Of a stretch of DNA of 64,000 nt, positions 48,108 to 57,334 are shown piece by piece; position 1 is the stretch's first letter, and each line of letters opens with the position of its first letter. The stretch lies in the IMG/VR virus record IMGVR_UViG_3300042474_001006; one strand, written 5' to 3'. This DNA is from an uncultured virus (IMG/VR IMGVR_UViG_3300042474_001006) (lineage: Duplodnaviria; Heunggongvirae; Uroviricota; Caudoviricetes). Made by a program: the position numbers and the translations under genes. The notes beneath the pieces are model-generated. The model was not told the origin of the DNA, did not search any database, and worked only from the letters and a program-made list of their open reading frames with translations.

Positions 48108-48776
48108 ATGAAAAAAGCAATCATTACAGGAGTAAGTGGCGGAGTAGGCAACCTACTTGCACACACGCTATCTAAAAATGGCTACTTTGTAATTGGAACC
48201 TCAAGACATCCAGAAGGAATATCTAATTTAAATTCTGAAAATATAAAAATTGAACACCTAGATCTATCAGATGATAAAAGCATTAGTAATTTTTATAACA
48301 AATATAAGGATGAGACCATAGACCTGATTGTAAACAATGCTTCATGTGCAGGAATAGATGGCGCTAAAACCATTTCTAAAGAAACTACTGATAACTTTAT
48401 GCATTCATATATGGTTAATGTTGCTGGTCCAATGTATTTGTCAAAACTTTTTATATCAAACCTTAAAAAATCTGACAATGCCACCATTATATTTATATCT
48501 TCATTTGCAAAAAAACACTTTTATCCTGGCGGAGGAAACTATGCTACCTCAAAGCTATCAATATCTGGACTTGCAAAATTATTTAGGCTAGAGCTATCTC
48601 ATTTTAAAGTAAAGGTTACAGAAATATGTCCAGCAGCAATCAATACCCATCAGCATAACGATGGGGCATTAGAAGCAGAAGATATAGCAAATGCTATATT
48701 GTGGATAAGTGAATTGCCTCAAAGATGCAATATAGATCTTATTGAAATATCCCCCTCTATTGTTTCACAGGGTTAA
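48108..48776 (+). CDS. Short-chain dehydrogenase/reductase
   Basis: TGVSGGVG, NNA, YATSK catalytic YxxxK and AEDIANAILW. Confidence 0.9.
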   Translation: MKKAIITGVSGGVGNLLAHTLSKNGYFVIGTSRHPEGISNLNSENIKIEHLDLSDDKSISNFYNKYKDETIDLIVNNASCAGIDGAKTISKETTDNFMHSYMVNVAGPMYLSKLFISNLKKSDNATIIFISSFAKKHFYPGGGNYATSKLSISGLAKLFRLELSHFKVKVTEICPAAINTHQHNDGALEAEDIANAILWISELPQRCNIDLIEISPSIVSQG

Positions 48777-48793
48777 TTGTGATATACTTATAA

Positions 48794-48847
48794 AGGCTGC
48801 CAAATGGGGCCTAAATTAACTTATTCGCTTGAAAGGGGAATAAAATG
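48794..48847 (+). promoter_or_regulatory. ROSE-like RNA thermometer candidate in the hsp20 leader
   Basis: TTATTCGCTT-gaa-AGGGGAATAA hairpin occludes the SD and carries the UCGCU motif. Confidence 0.55.
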
Positions 48848-49261
48848 GTAACACAATTTGCTATGGATCTATTTAAGGATCCATTTTTTATTGGCTTCAA
48901 CAGAGAGTTGGAGCGTTTCAATAGTCTTAGTAAGGTAAACAATACGGCATTCCCGCCATATGATTTGCTAAAGCTAGACGAAGATAACTATCAGTTAACG
49001 CTGGCAGTTGCTGGATTCACAAGAGAAGATCTGACTGTGTCAATTGAAGACGGAAGTCTTTGGATCACAGGTGAAATTACAGAGGTAACAGATGCAGAAA
49101 TTGTCCACAAGGGAATCGCTGCACGTAAGTTCACAAGAATCTTTGAACTAAGTGAATACATGGAAGTTTCTAGTGTAGAGCTAAAGGATGGCATGTTGCA
49201 TATCCGTGTAGTTAGAAATCTACCAAAAGAAAAACAACCAAAAATTCTAAAAATTAAATAA
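48845..49261 (+). CDS. Small heat shock protein (Hsp20/IbpA-like)
   Basis: FPPYDL, LAVAGF, HKGIAARKFTRIF and LKDGML. Confidence 0.95.
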   Translation: MVTQFAMDLFKDPFFIGFNRELERFNSLSKVNNTAFPPYDLLKLDEDNYQLTLAVAGFTREDLTVSIEDGSLWITGEITEVTDAEIVHKGIAARKFTRIFELSEYMEVSSVELKDGMLHIRVVRNLPKEKQPKILKIK

Positions 49262-49312
49262 CCGTGAGACCTGGGTATGTCTAAAAACTGCCCTTCTAAC
49301 AGAAAGATTAAA

Positions 49313-50074
49313 ATGATTATACAAATTATTGGACTACCAGGATCTGGGAAAACAGAATTAGCTAAAGCACTTAAAGAAAGAATAAATGCAATTCATTTAA
49401 ATGCAGATGAAGTTCGTGCAACTATTAATTCAGATCTTAGTTTTACCGCAGAAGATAGAATTGAGCATGCTCGTCGTATGGGTGAGACTGCAAGACTTAT
49501 TGCAAAGCAAGGTGTGGCCCCAGCAATTGTAGACTTTGTTTGCCCAACTGATTTAACTCGTGCAGCTTTTGGCAAGCCAGACATTATGATATTTATGGAC
49601 ACAATTGCTGAAGGACGTTTTGAAGATACAAATAAGATGTTTGAGAGACCAACAGAATTTGATGCAACATTTGAAGACCATAGGCTGTCTGCTGAACAAA
49701 AAGCAACTGTAATAATTAAATATTTTAATCTTCATGACTGGTCTGCACCTACAACATTGATGCTTGGTAGGTACCAGCCTTGGCATGAAGGCCACCACGC
49801 TCTATACAAAGAGGCTGGGAAAAGAACAGATCAGGTACTTCTTGGAGTCCGTAATACATACAATACAAGTGAGAAAGATCCACTTAAGTTTGATCAGGTG
49901 AAAGAGTATATTGCCAAGGACGACTTTATGGATGGGGCATTAGTGTTAAGACTACCTAACATTACCAATATCGTATATGGTCGTGATGTAGGATATAAAA
50001 TTGAGCAAGTAGATTTGGGGGCAGACATCCATGCTATATCGGCTACGCAAAAACGTAAAGAGATGGGCATCTAA
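49313..50074 (+). CDS. Adenylyl-sulfate kinase-like domain fused to an HxGH nucleotidyltransferase domain
   Basis: GLPGSGKT, LNADEVR and DLSF..EDR (CysC-like); GRYQPWHEGH and ISAT (cytidylyltransferase-like). Confidence 0.85.
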   Translation: MIIQIIGLPGSGKTELAKALKERINAIHLNADEVRATINSDLSFTAEDRIEHARRMGETARLIAKQGVAPAIVDFVCPTDLTRAAFGKPDIMIFMDTIAEGRFEDTNKMFERPTEFDATFEDHRLSAEQKATVIIKYFNLHDWSAPTTLMLGRYQPWHEGHHALYKEAGKRTDQVLLGVRNTYNTSEKDPLKFDQVKEYIAKDDFMDGALVLRLPNITNIVYGRDVGYKIEQVDLGADIHAISATQKRKEMGI

Positions 50075-50110
50075 AGTTTGGGGCTGGATTATCAAGCCAA
50101 ATAATATGGA

Positions 50111-50323
50111 GTGGCCATCGTGAATGTATCTAAGCAAAGGTCAGCGCTAAAAGCTATCACATGGCGTATAATTGGAACAGCAGATACATTTGTTATTTCA
50201 TGGATCATAACTAAAGAGCCAGTTACAGCAGGAGCAATCGCAAGCTTCGAGGTACTAACAAAAACAATTCTTTATTACTTCCATGAGCGTGGTTGGAATA
50301 AAATTAAATGGGGGAGAAAATAA
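50111..50323 (+). CDS. DUF2061-like small membrane protein
   Basis: RSALKAITWR...YYFHERGW..IKWG; start may be GTG 50120. Confidence 0.8.
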   Translation: MAIVNVSKQRSALKAITWRIIGTADTFVISWIITKEPVTAGAIASFEVLTKTILYYFHERGWNKIKWGRK

Positions 50324-50730
50324 TGTTCGAATATTATGTAAAGAAAGTAAGTAAGGTAGTAGACGGAGATACAATTGATGTTGATATTGATCTTGGGTTT
50401 GATATATCATTTACTTCAAGAGTTAGGTTGGCTGGTATAGACACCCCAGAAAGCCGTACAACAGACAAGATGGAGAAGGCACTAGGCCTTGAAGCAAAGG
50501 CATATTTAAAGAATGCAATTGATTCAGCTAAGACTGTTGTTATTAAAACAGAGAAGATGAACTCATCTGAAAAGTTTGGTCGCATTTTAGGTTGGGTTTT
50601 CTTAGACGGATCAGATAAATCTATTAATCAAAAGATGATTGAAGATGGACATGCTTGGGGCTATATGGGTGAAACAAAGATCAAAGACTTTGATGCATTA
50701 GCAAAAGCTAGGAAGAAAAGCGGGAAGTAA
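50323..50730 (+). CDS. Thermonuclease (SNase-like)
   Basis: VVDGDTI, RVRLAGIDTPE and KFGRILG. Confidence 0.9.
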   Translation: MFEYYVKKVSKVVDGDTIDVDIDLGFDISFTSRVRLAGIDTPESRTTDKMEKALGLEAKAYLKNAIDSAKTVVIKTEKMNSSEKFGRILGWVFLDGSDKSINQKMIEDGHAWGYMGETKIKDFDALAKARKKSGK

Positions 50731-50918
50731 TGCCAGTATACGAATACAAGTGCTCATATGATGAAGCACATGCATTAATGTCAGTAAATAGATCAATTAC
50801 AGATAGTGATCCAGGTTATACATGTGTTGAATGTGACTCTGACATGGTAAGACATTTCACACCATTTGGTATACAGTTTAAAGGTAATGGCTTTTACAAA
50901 ACAGATAATCCTAAATAG
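50730..50918 (+). CDS. FmdB-family Zn-ribbon protein
   Basis: MPVYEYKC...CVEC...FKGNGFYKTD. Confidence 0.88.
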   Translation: MPVYEYKCSYDEAHALMSVNRSITDSDPGYTCVECDSDMVRHFTPFGIQFKGNGFYKTDNPK

Positions 50919-50969
50919 TTAAAGTGGTATAATTACTATGTAGACATATTGTTTACTTAGGGGCCCTAC

Positions 50970-53177
50970 TTGACAAGGAATAAGTTATTTAGAATAACAG
51001 CAGCCACAATGCTTGCATTTGGTTGGCTCTTTATGTCACCCGCTTATTCTGATGATCCACTAAGCTTAGCAGCTCAAGAAATTGAAGAGCTAAACAATAG
51101 CGTTGACGACCTTGGTTACAAGGATGAATTTATATCCTTAATCCAAGAAGCAGAAGACAAATATGATCTTGCCGTATCTGCAGAAGAAGCCAGGACACAA
51201 ACCTCTGTCCTATATGATGACTCCCTTGACGCAGAAACCACAGCACTTGAAGAAAAACACTTAGCCCAATCAGCAGTAGACGGACAAACAGTAACAGTAG
51301 CCACTGCTTTAGACAATAAGAATGATGCCTACGATGCCCTTGGAGTAGCAAACATCAATCTGTCAAACGCTCAGCAAGCATTAGACAGTGCTGGTTCTGC
51401 TGGTCTGGCATATGATGTTTATAGTTTAATTAGGGTTGATGGACTTGCAGCCACAGATGAATTCTTATGTAGTGGAACATTAAATGGAAACTATATGACT
51501 CGCCCAGTTTGTGGTAATAGATATGAAAACTTTATAGTTAAATTTACTGGAAAAATAACAGTACCGTCATGGTTTACTCAAACCTACTTTGCTGGTTATA
51601 CAGATGATGGTTTTAGAATGTATATTGACGGATCATTGGCCATAGACAACTGGGTAGAGCAAGGAACAACTTGGAGTAATTACTCTCCTGTATATGATGT
51701 AACTACAGACAAAACATTTGATGTAGAGATTTGGTGGTACAACGGTGGAGGACCTGGATCTTATCATCTTGGCTGGGCTATCCCTGGAGGATGGACTGGT
51801 GCAGGTTGTGACTATGCTGGCAACCCAAGAGTATGGGGACAGGACTTTAGTTGCAATCTTAATACATTTTCTCATGGATCTGGAGCAACCCAAGAACAAA
51901 CAAACGCCTACAACAACGCACTTGCTGCAAAGAACTCAGCACAAGATGTATATAATGACAAACTAAATGTTTATAATCAAGCAGTTTCAACATTAAATGG
52001 TTACAATCAAACACTAACTAATAAAACAAATGAATATAACAACTCAGTTTTAAATGTTGCAACGGCACTCCAAAATAAAAATAATGCAATCAGCGCATAC
52101 AATCAAGCAATCAGTAATGTTAATAGTGCCATTGATAACGCATGGCGTTACTATGATGAGCAACTACAAAGAGAAATTCAGTCTGCCATTGCTCAAGCAG
52201 CAGCCAACGCTGCAGCCAATCAGCCTACTCCAGAACCAACTCCAGAAACAAGCCCTGAACCAAGTACTAAGCCTACAGAAGAACCTACAGAAGAACCTAC
52301 AGAAGAGCCTACAGAAGAACCTACAGAAGAGCCTACAGAGGAACCAAGCCCTGAACCAACAGAAGAGCCAACTCCAACTCCAACTCCAAAGCCTACAGAG
52401 GAAACAAAACCTACTCCTACGCCAAAGCCATCCCCAAAGCCTACAGAGGAACCTACGGAGGAACCTACAGAGGAGCCAACTTCTGAACCTACAGTAGAAC
52501 CTACACCAGATCCAGAACCAACTACAGAACCAACTACGGAGCCTACTGAAGAACCCACAGAAGAGCCTGCTCCTGAGCCTTCGCCAGAACCAGGACCAGA
52601 ACCTGATCCTGAAGAAAACCCATGGACTGAGCCAGATGTAGAAGTTAAAGATGAGGTTTTAGCAGAACTTATTCCTGAAAAGGGTACAGGAACAGCAGAA
52701 GATTTATCTGGAGTTATTGCTAACCTTACAAGCAAGGACAACAAATTAGTTACACTTTCTGCTGAACAAGTCACAGCAGTAAGTCAAACCCTTAAAGCAT
52801 TGACGCAAGAAGCAAAAGTAGAAGTTGCAGAAGACCTTGGCATTAAGCCGTCAGAAGTTGCAGAGATTGCTGAGCAGATGAAGTCTAACCCAGCACTTGC
52901 TGAAGCATTTGTTGAGTTTACTGACAGAGCAGAATCAGCAGGGGATACCCCAATGCCATTTACATTAGCAGATGCAGTAACAGAAGTACAAACAGAAGCA
53001 TTCTTGGCAGACCCACTTGGAGCGGTATTTGATGTGGACCCAGTAGAACTACTATCTAATTTCTCTGAATTAGGTATGGATATGACAGATGATCAGAGAG
53101 AAAAAGCGCAAGAAGTAATTGTCCCAGTGATCATCGTATCACAAATTGCAGGGGCAGTCATAAGGAGGAACAAATGA
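50970..53177 (+). CDS. Secreted/membrane-anchored protein with PA14 domain, coiled coils and P/T/E-rich linker
   Basis: N-terminal signal peptide; FTGKITVP...TDDGFRMYIDG...WWYNGGG (PA14); hydrophobic C-terminus followed by RRNK. Confidence 0.8.
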   Translation: MTRNKLFRITAATMLAFGWLFMSPAYSDDPLSLAAQEIEELNNSVDDLGYKDEFISLIQEAEDKYDLAVSAEEARTQTSVLYDDSLDAETTALEEKHLAQSAVDGQTVTVATALDNKNDAYDALGVANINLSNAQQALDSAGSAGLAYDVYSLIRVDGLAATDEFLCSGTLNGNYMTRPVCGNRYENFIVKFTGKITVPSWFTQTYFAGYTDDGFRMYIDGSLAIDNWVEQGTTWSNYSPVYDVTTDKTFDVEIWWYNGGGPGSYHLGWAIPGGWTGAGCDYAGNPRVWGQDFSCNLNTFSHGSGATQEQTNAYNNALAAKNSAQDVYNDKLNVYNQAVSTLNGYNQTLTNKTNEYNNSVLNVATALQNKNNAISAYNQAISNVNSAIDNAWRYYDEQLQREIQSAIAQAAANAAANQPTPEPTPETSPEPSTKPTEEPTEEPTEEPTEEPTEEPTEEPSPEPTEEPTPTPTPKPTEETKPTPTPKPSPKPTEEPTEEPTEEPTSEPTVEPTPDPEPTTEPTTEPTEEPTEEPAPEPSPEPGPEPDPEENPWTEPDVEVKDEVLAELIPEKGTGTAEDLSGVIANLTSKDNKLVTLSAEQVTAVSQTLKALTQEAKVEVAEDLGIKPSEVAEIAEQMKSNPALAEAFVEFTDRAESAGDTPMPFTLADAVTEVQTEAFLADPLGAVFDVDPVELLSNFSELGMDMTDDQREKAQEVIVPVIIVSQIAGAVIRRNK
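52224..52620 (+). repeat. Coding tandem repeats of about 12 bp (cctacagaagaa; PTEE)
   Basis: Many imperfect 12-bp units inside the PA14 protein gene. Confidence 0.9.
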
Positions 53178-53404
53178 AGATAATCAAAAAGATGTTTAAT
53201 CTTATAGGCAAGGCAACTAAGGGCTTGGCTAAATGGTTTAAAGACGCGGGAATGGAGCTAATTGCCCAGGCATTCACCCTCCTAGGCTTCTTTATTGCAT
53301 GGCTAACTTTGACGGGCTCAGCTAGAGATATTGTTGGAATTGCAGTATTAATAACTACTGTAATTTGGCTAATAACTATACCACTTAGAAAAGACGATAA
53401 ATAG
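53174..53404 (+). CDS. Small two-TM membrane protein
   Basis: Two hydrophobic stretches; coupled to the PA14 gene. Confidence 0.7.
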   Translation: MKIIKKMFNLIGKATKGLAKWFKDAGMELIAQAFTLLGFFIAWLTLTGSARDIVGIAVLITTVIWLITIPLRKDDK

Positions 53405-53418
53405 TGTATAATTGTACT

Positions 53419-53640
53419 ATGAGGAAAATATTCGCTATTGCTTTAGCAGGCTTATTGATGATATCATTAAGTGCATGTTCACCAGAATCTTTAAATAGAT
53501 ACCGCTATCCATGCCAAGATCCTAAAAATTGGGAAATTGCAGAATGCAATCCTCCAGAATGCGAAGCTACGCAGACTTGCACAAAAGATGTAATAAAAAT
53601 TACACCTACTACACCAGAACAGGAAATAACAAATGGCTAA
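53419..53640 (+). CDS. Small Cys-rich lipoprotein
   Basis: Signal peptide with LSAC lipobox, then YRYPCQDP...C..PEC...C. Confidence 0.75.
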   Translation: MRKIFAIALAGLLMISLSACSPESLNRYRYPCQDPKNWEIAECNPPECEATQTCTKDVIKITPTTPEQEITNG

Positions 53641-54043
53641 ACAAAAATTAACGCCTGCAGATTTAGATGCCCGCTTAAAGTTTATTCTAGGAATAACACT
53701 CGGAAGCATTCTATTCATGACGGCTCTTGGAATTATTTATGGGTTGTTGTTTGTAACACAACCTATCGGAGCTCAGTCAGAAAATGACAAGATGTTCTTT
53801 AATGTTTTAGGTAGCATTGCAACATTTATTACAGGAACACTTGCAGGAATTCTAATTGGTAACTCAGGCGCTAAAGATATTATGGCAGCACAGATACAAA
53901 ATAAAGAAGTAGATGCAAAAAATACACAGGCAGATAAAAAATTAGAAGCAGAAATTGATGCAACTGCAGCTCGTTTGGCAGCAAAGCCAGATGGAGCAAT
54001 GCCAGAAGAGCAACCAGTTGATCTAGATTGGGATAAAGACTAA
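53633..54043 (+). CDS. Two-TM membrane protein (holin candidate)
   Basis: Two TM helices; coupled upstream of the endolysin. Confidence 0.55.
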   Translation: MAKQKLTPADLDARLKFILGITLGSILFMTALGIIYGLLFVTQPIGAQSENDKMFFNVLGSIATFITGTLAGILIGNSGAKDIMAAQIQNKEVDAKNTQADKKLEAEIDATAARLAAKPDGAMPEEQPVDLDWDKD

Positions 54044-54672
54044 TGGCAGAACAAGGTACAGCAGCTCGTCTAATAGAAGTTGCTACAGCAGAGCTAGGAA
54101 CTATTGAAGGTCCTAAAGACAACGAAACTAAATACGGTGCTTTTATGAAAGCAAACTTCCAACCATGGTGCGGAAGTTTCGTAAACTGGTGCGGGTCAGA
54201 ATCTGGCGTAAAGATTCCTAATACTGTTTACACACCAGGAGGTGCAGCAGCATTTAAAAAAGCTGGTGCTTGGATTGATGTAGATGTTGCAGATCCAGAG
54301 CCAGGAGATATAGCGTATTTTGATTTCCCTTCAGATGGCGTCGATAGAATTTCTCACGTAGGTATTGTTGTTAAAGACAATGAGGATGGAACTGTTTGGT
54401 GTATAGAAGGAAACACATCTTCAAAAAAGTCTGGAAGCCAAAGAAATGGCGGAGAAGTTTGCAAACAACTTCGTGCTTACAAGAAAAATAAAGCTGGTGT
54501 TCTTATTTCAATCGTAGGATTTGGAAGACCAAAGTTTGTTGGATCAGCAAAGATTGAAACAAAGACTTCATCAAAGCCATCTACATCACAAAAGATACCA
54601 GCAAAGATAGATCCTAAAGTTAAAGCGGCAATTGATTTATTAACTAAAAACGGATATACTGTATCAAAGTAA
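54043..54672 (+). CDS. CHAP-domain endolysin
   Basis: PWCGSFV, PGD, SHVGIV, IEGNT and GFGRP. Confidence 0.88.
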   Translation: MAEQGTAARLIEVATAELGTIEGPKDNETKYGAFMKANFQPWCGSFVNWCGSESGVKIPNTVYTPGGAAAFKKAGAWIDVDVADPEPGDIAYFDFPSDGVDRISHVGIVVKDNEDGTVWCIEGNTSSKKSGSQRNGGEVCKQLRAYKKNKAGVLISIVGFGRPKFVGSAKIETKTSSKPSTSQKIPAKIDPKVKAAIDLLTKNGYTVSK

Positions 54673-54828
54673 ATGAATAAATATTTGATTAAGCTAGAAA
54701 TTTCAGCAGAGGTAGAAGCTTTTGATGAAAATGATGCAAAAGAATACATCTCGGATGTATTTGGCACAGACGATGAAGTAAAGTCTGTAAAAATTGCATC
54801 AATAAAAATAAAAGGGGACAAAAAATGA
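54673..54828 (+). CDS. 51-aa hypothetical protein (not in ORF track)
   Basis: MNKYLIKLEISAEVEAFDENDAKEY...; ATGA overlap with the next gene. Confidence 0.65.
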   Translation: MNKYLIKLEISAEVEAFDENDAKEYISDVFGTDDEVKSVKIASIKIKGDKK

Positions 54829-55712
54829 AATCATTATATGATCTAGAATTAAATGCAGCAGACGGTACACCAGACTTTTTGAAAAAGTATAAAGGTAAGG
54901 TTACAATGTTTGTAAACACTACAGTAGGTTGTGGAAATGCAAACCAAATGGAGGTCTTAGAGTGGCTTCAGCAGAAATACAAAGACAGAGGCTTTGAGAT
55001 TGTAGCTCTTCCAACAAATGATTACTGCGGTCCAGGAGTTACAAAGGGAGCATGGTCACAAGGATTAGTTGAAGGAATGGATTCACAAAACTATGGTTGC
55101 GATGTATACGGGACTACATTTGGATTCTCTGAAAAAGTAAACTCAATTCCAAACAGAGAGATAGTCGGGGATCTAAATGGCATAGACCAGCCATTTGGAG
55201 AGCCAAGCGAAGTTTTTAATGTAATTTCAGACCACGCAAATAATTTATGGGGTAAGGCCCTAGAGCTAGGAATACAATTCCCATTTGACCAGTATTACTC
55301 ATGGTGGCTATGCCAAGGATTTTATTCTGGAGCAATTCAAGCTGCAAATTTTGAGAAGTACCTTGTAGATAAAGATGGTTTTGTAGTTAAACACTATTCT
55401 CCTTCAGTTCTCAACCTAGATGTTGAAAAAACACTAAAAGAAAACCTAATGAATGATCTAGGTCTAGACTATGGAGACTTTGGATCAGATCTATCTAGAA
55501 TAGAACATAGCCCTAATATTTCAATAGAAGAGGGTGGCAGAGCGGAACTTGCCGCAGACCATGTATTAATGGTTTCACACAGACAACAAATTGCACCAGG
55601 ACCAGGACATGGAAGATCTTACAAGCTATTTGAAGAAGAGTGGGATGTTGTATGCTCACACATTGAAGAATTGCTAAATGGTGAAGTTTCAATGATTAAC
55701 CCAAATAAATAA
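54825..55712 (+). CDS. Glutathione peroxidase-like protein (Cys type) with C-terminal extension
   Basis: KGKVTMFVNT..GCG...Q, GFEIVALPTNDY and NFEKYLVDKDG. Confidence 0.85.
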   Translation: MKSLYDLELNAADGTPDFLKKYKGKVTMFVNTTVGCGNANQMEVLEWLQQKYKDRGFEIVALPTNDYCGPGVTKGAWSQGLVEGMDSQNYGCDVYGTTFGFSEKVNSIPNREIVGDLNGIDQPFGEPSEVFNVISDHANNLWGKALELGIQFPFDQYYSWWLCQGFYSGAIQAANFEKYLVDKDGFVVKHYSPSVLNLDVEKTLKENLMNDLGLDYGDFGSDLSRIEHSPNISIEEGGRAELAADHVLMVSHRQQIAPGPGHGRSYKLFEEEWDVVCSHIEELLNGEVSMINPNK

Positions 55713-55721
55713 CAAAAACAG

Positions 55722-55751
55722 TTGACAACTACTGTTTTGCTCCTGTATAAT
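55722..55751 (+). promoter_or_regulatory. Promoter
   Basis: TTGACA-18 bp-TATAAT. Confidence 0.75.
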
Positions 55752-55784
55752 AATGTATAGGTATAAAAAAGACAAATTGGACAG

Positions 55785-56018
55785 ATGCTACATTTATATG
55801 AAAACGGAGTAGAAATTCTAAGGAACAAAATTCCTAAGAATAAGTTTGATTTATACTGGAACAATTATAATTTAATTGTTTGGGAGAAAAATAATAGCGG
55901 ATATTTTGACACCAAGGGCGTTTATAAAAATAATTCCTGGGGAATCGCTAATGAGTTTCCAGTTAATTCAAAAGGGGCATGGACTCTTCCGCTAAAGTAT
56001 GTCAAATATTTTAAATGA
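55785..56018 (+). CDS. Hypothetical protein
   Basis: ORF downstream of the promoter. Confidence 0.65.
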   Translation: MLHLYENGVEILRNKIPKNKFDLYWNNYNLIVWEKNNSGYFDTKGVYKNNSWGIANEFPVNSKGAWTLPLKYVKYFK

Positions 56019-56310
56019 ATTAGATTCAGATGAGCAATCAATAAGATGGTGGCATTTAGCTGCCTGCAATGGCATGGAAACAAATTTATTTTTTGATAAA
56101 TACGAGTCTGATGTTAATATGGCTAAGGCTATAGATCAGTGTTGCTTATCATGCCCAGTTATGTTAATGTGTAGTGATGCTGGGGTAAAGAATAATGAAT
56201 ACGGAGTTTGGGGCGGAGTATTTTTGTCATCTGGCTTAATGGATAAAATGAAAAATGCACACAAAACAAAAGAAGTATGGAAACAGATTAAGGCAAAACA
56301 AAATGTCTAA
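55999..56310 (+). CDS. whiB: WhiB-family Fe-S transcription factor
   Basis: W...AAC, FF, C..CPV...C and YGVWGG. Confidence 0.9.
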   Translation: MSNILNELDSDEQSIRWWHLAACNGMETNLFFDKYESDVNMAKAIDQCCLSCPVMLMCSDAGVKNNEYGVWGGVFLSSGLMDKMKNAHKTKEVWKQIKAKQNV

Positions 56311-56608
56311 TGTTTATGATAATAATCATTTTAAGTATGGAATGAATCAATGGACTGGTGAGCCAAATAAACCAGTTTTTTATAATCTAGAAATGAAAAA
56401 AAAGTTATGGGAACTAAAAAAGCCAATGTTTTTGCTCATGGATGTTGTGGAGTACCCAGAGTTTTTAGCATTAAGATTATATGAAGATAACTTTATTCAA
56501 TTTGATGGTATAGAAAAAGAAAAAGTTATAGACTATGTGTCTAGGGCAAAAAAGCTACTTGAGTCATATGGGGTTAGAGTAGAGCTTGAAGGAAGGCCAA
56601 TGGCATGA
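56303..56608 (+). CDS. Hypothetical protein
   Basis: Operonic ORF, likely ATG 56303. Confidence 0.65.
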   Translation: MSNVYDNNHFKYGMNQWTGEPNKPVFYNLEMKKKLWELKKPMFLLMDVVEYPEFLALRLYEDNFIQFDGIEKEKVIDYVSRAKKLLESYGVRVELEGRPMA

Positions 56609-57069
56609 ACGAATTAAAGTCAGAACATATTTCCGTAGTCGACAACTTTTTAAAAGAAAACTCAAACGGAAGCACCCACTATATGCTAACTATTGCAAGA
56701 GATGGAGAAAGCCCAGCTAGATCAATTTATCATTACAACGGCCCAATTGATGTAACCGAAGCTTATAATAAATACACAGACTGGGGATTTGCAAAAGAAT
56801 ATCTAACTGTAACAATGTATGGCCCAGGGGGACAACTTGCACAAAAGGTACTTCGTAGGTCATCTGGCGGAACGCAAGGAGACTGTACATTTGTAAGAGA
56901 AGACTACATAAAGGCAGAAAGTATTATATTAAAATATAAAAGTGATATGCAAGAAGACAAATATAAGAGCCTAGTAAAAGATTTTGCTGGGCTATTTTCA
57001 AGAGACAACATCAGATTTGATGTAAGTCGTTTTTTTAAAGCAACAGAATGCGAAGAGGTTTTTGAATGA
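56605..57069 (+). CDS. Hypothetical protein
   Basis: Operonic ORF; C-terminal DNIRFDVSRFFKA. Confidence 0.65.
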   Translation: MNELKSEHISVVDNFLKENSNGSTHYMLTIARDGESPARSIYHYNGPIDVTEAYNKYTDWGFAKEYLTVTMYGPGGQLAQKVLRRSSGGTQGDCTFVREDYIKAESIILKYKSDMQEDKYKSLVKDFAGLFSRDNIRFDVSRFFKATECEEVFE

Positions 57070-57305
57070 GTGAAAAGATATTTTGTTATTCATGTAACAA
57101 GACAAAGAATAAATTGAACTTAAGAAAATCATCATTATTGACAATTAACTTGTTCTTGTGTCAAACATGTATAGACAACAAGTTTGAGCCTAGATGGGTA
57201 GTATTAATTGCTGGCAGACAAAATGGACATGAGCATGTTAAAGATTTTATACAGAAAAAAAGATATATTGGCGCAGAAATTGCAGCATCTGAGCTATTAG
57301 TTTAG
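57066..57305 (+). CDS. Zn-finger hypothetical protein
   Basis: CYSC...CQTC...FEPRW. Confidence 0.7.
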   Translation: MSEKIFCYSCNKTKNKLNLRKSSLLTINLFLCQTCIDNKFEPRWVVLIAGRQNGHEHVKDFIQKKRYIGAEIAASELLV

Positions 57306-57334
57306 ATTAAATATAAGGTATAATATGATATATA

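Noticed and set aside
50031..50123. 30-aa overlapping ORF MLYRLRKNVKRWASKVWGW...
   Set aside because: Half overlaps the APS-kinase gene and has no motif support; cannot be distinguished from chance
52054..52774. ORFs 52054-52497 (+) and 52220-52774 (-), and the repeats as a possible CRISPR array
   Set aside because: Alternative frames of the coding PTEE repeat; there are no unique spacers
54825..55712. Selenocysteine or stop-codon recoding
   Set aside because: The GPx active site is TGT (Cys); genes are intact under the standard code, with TAA, TAG and TGA all used as stops
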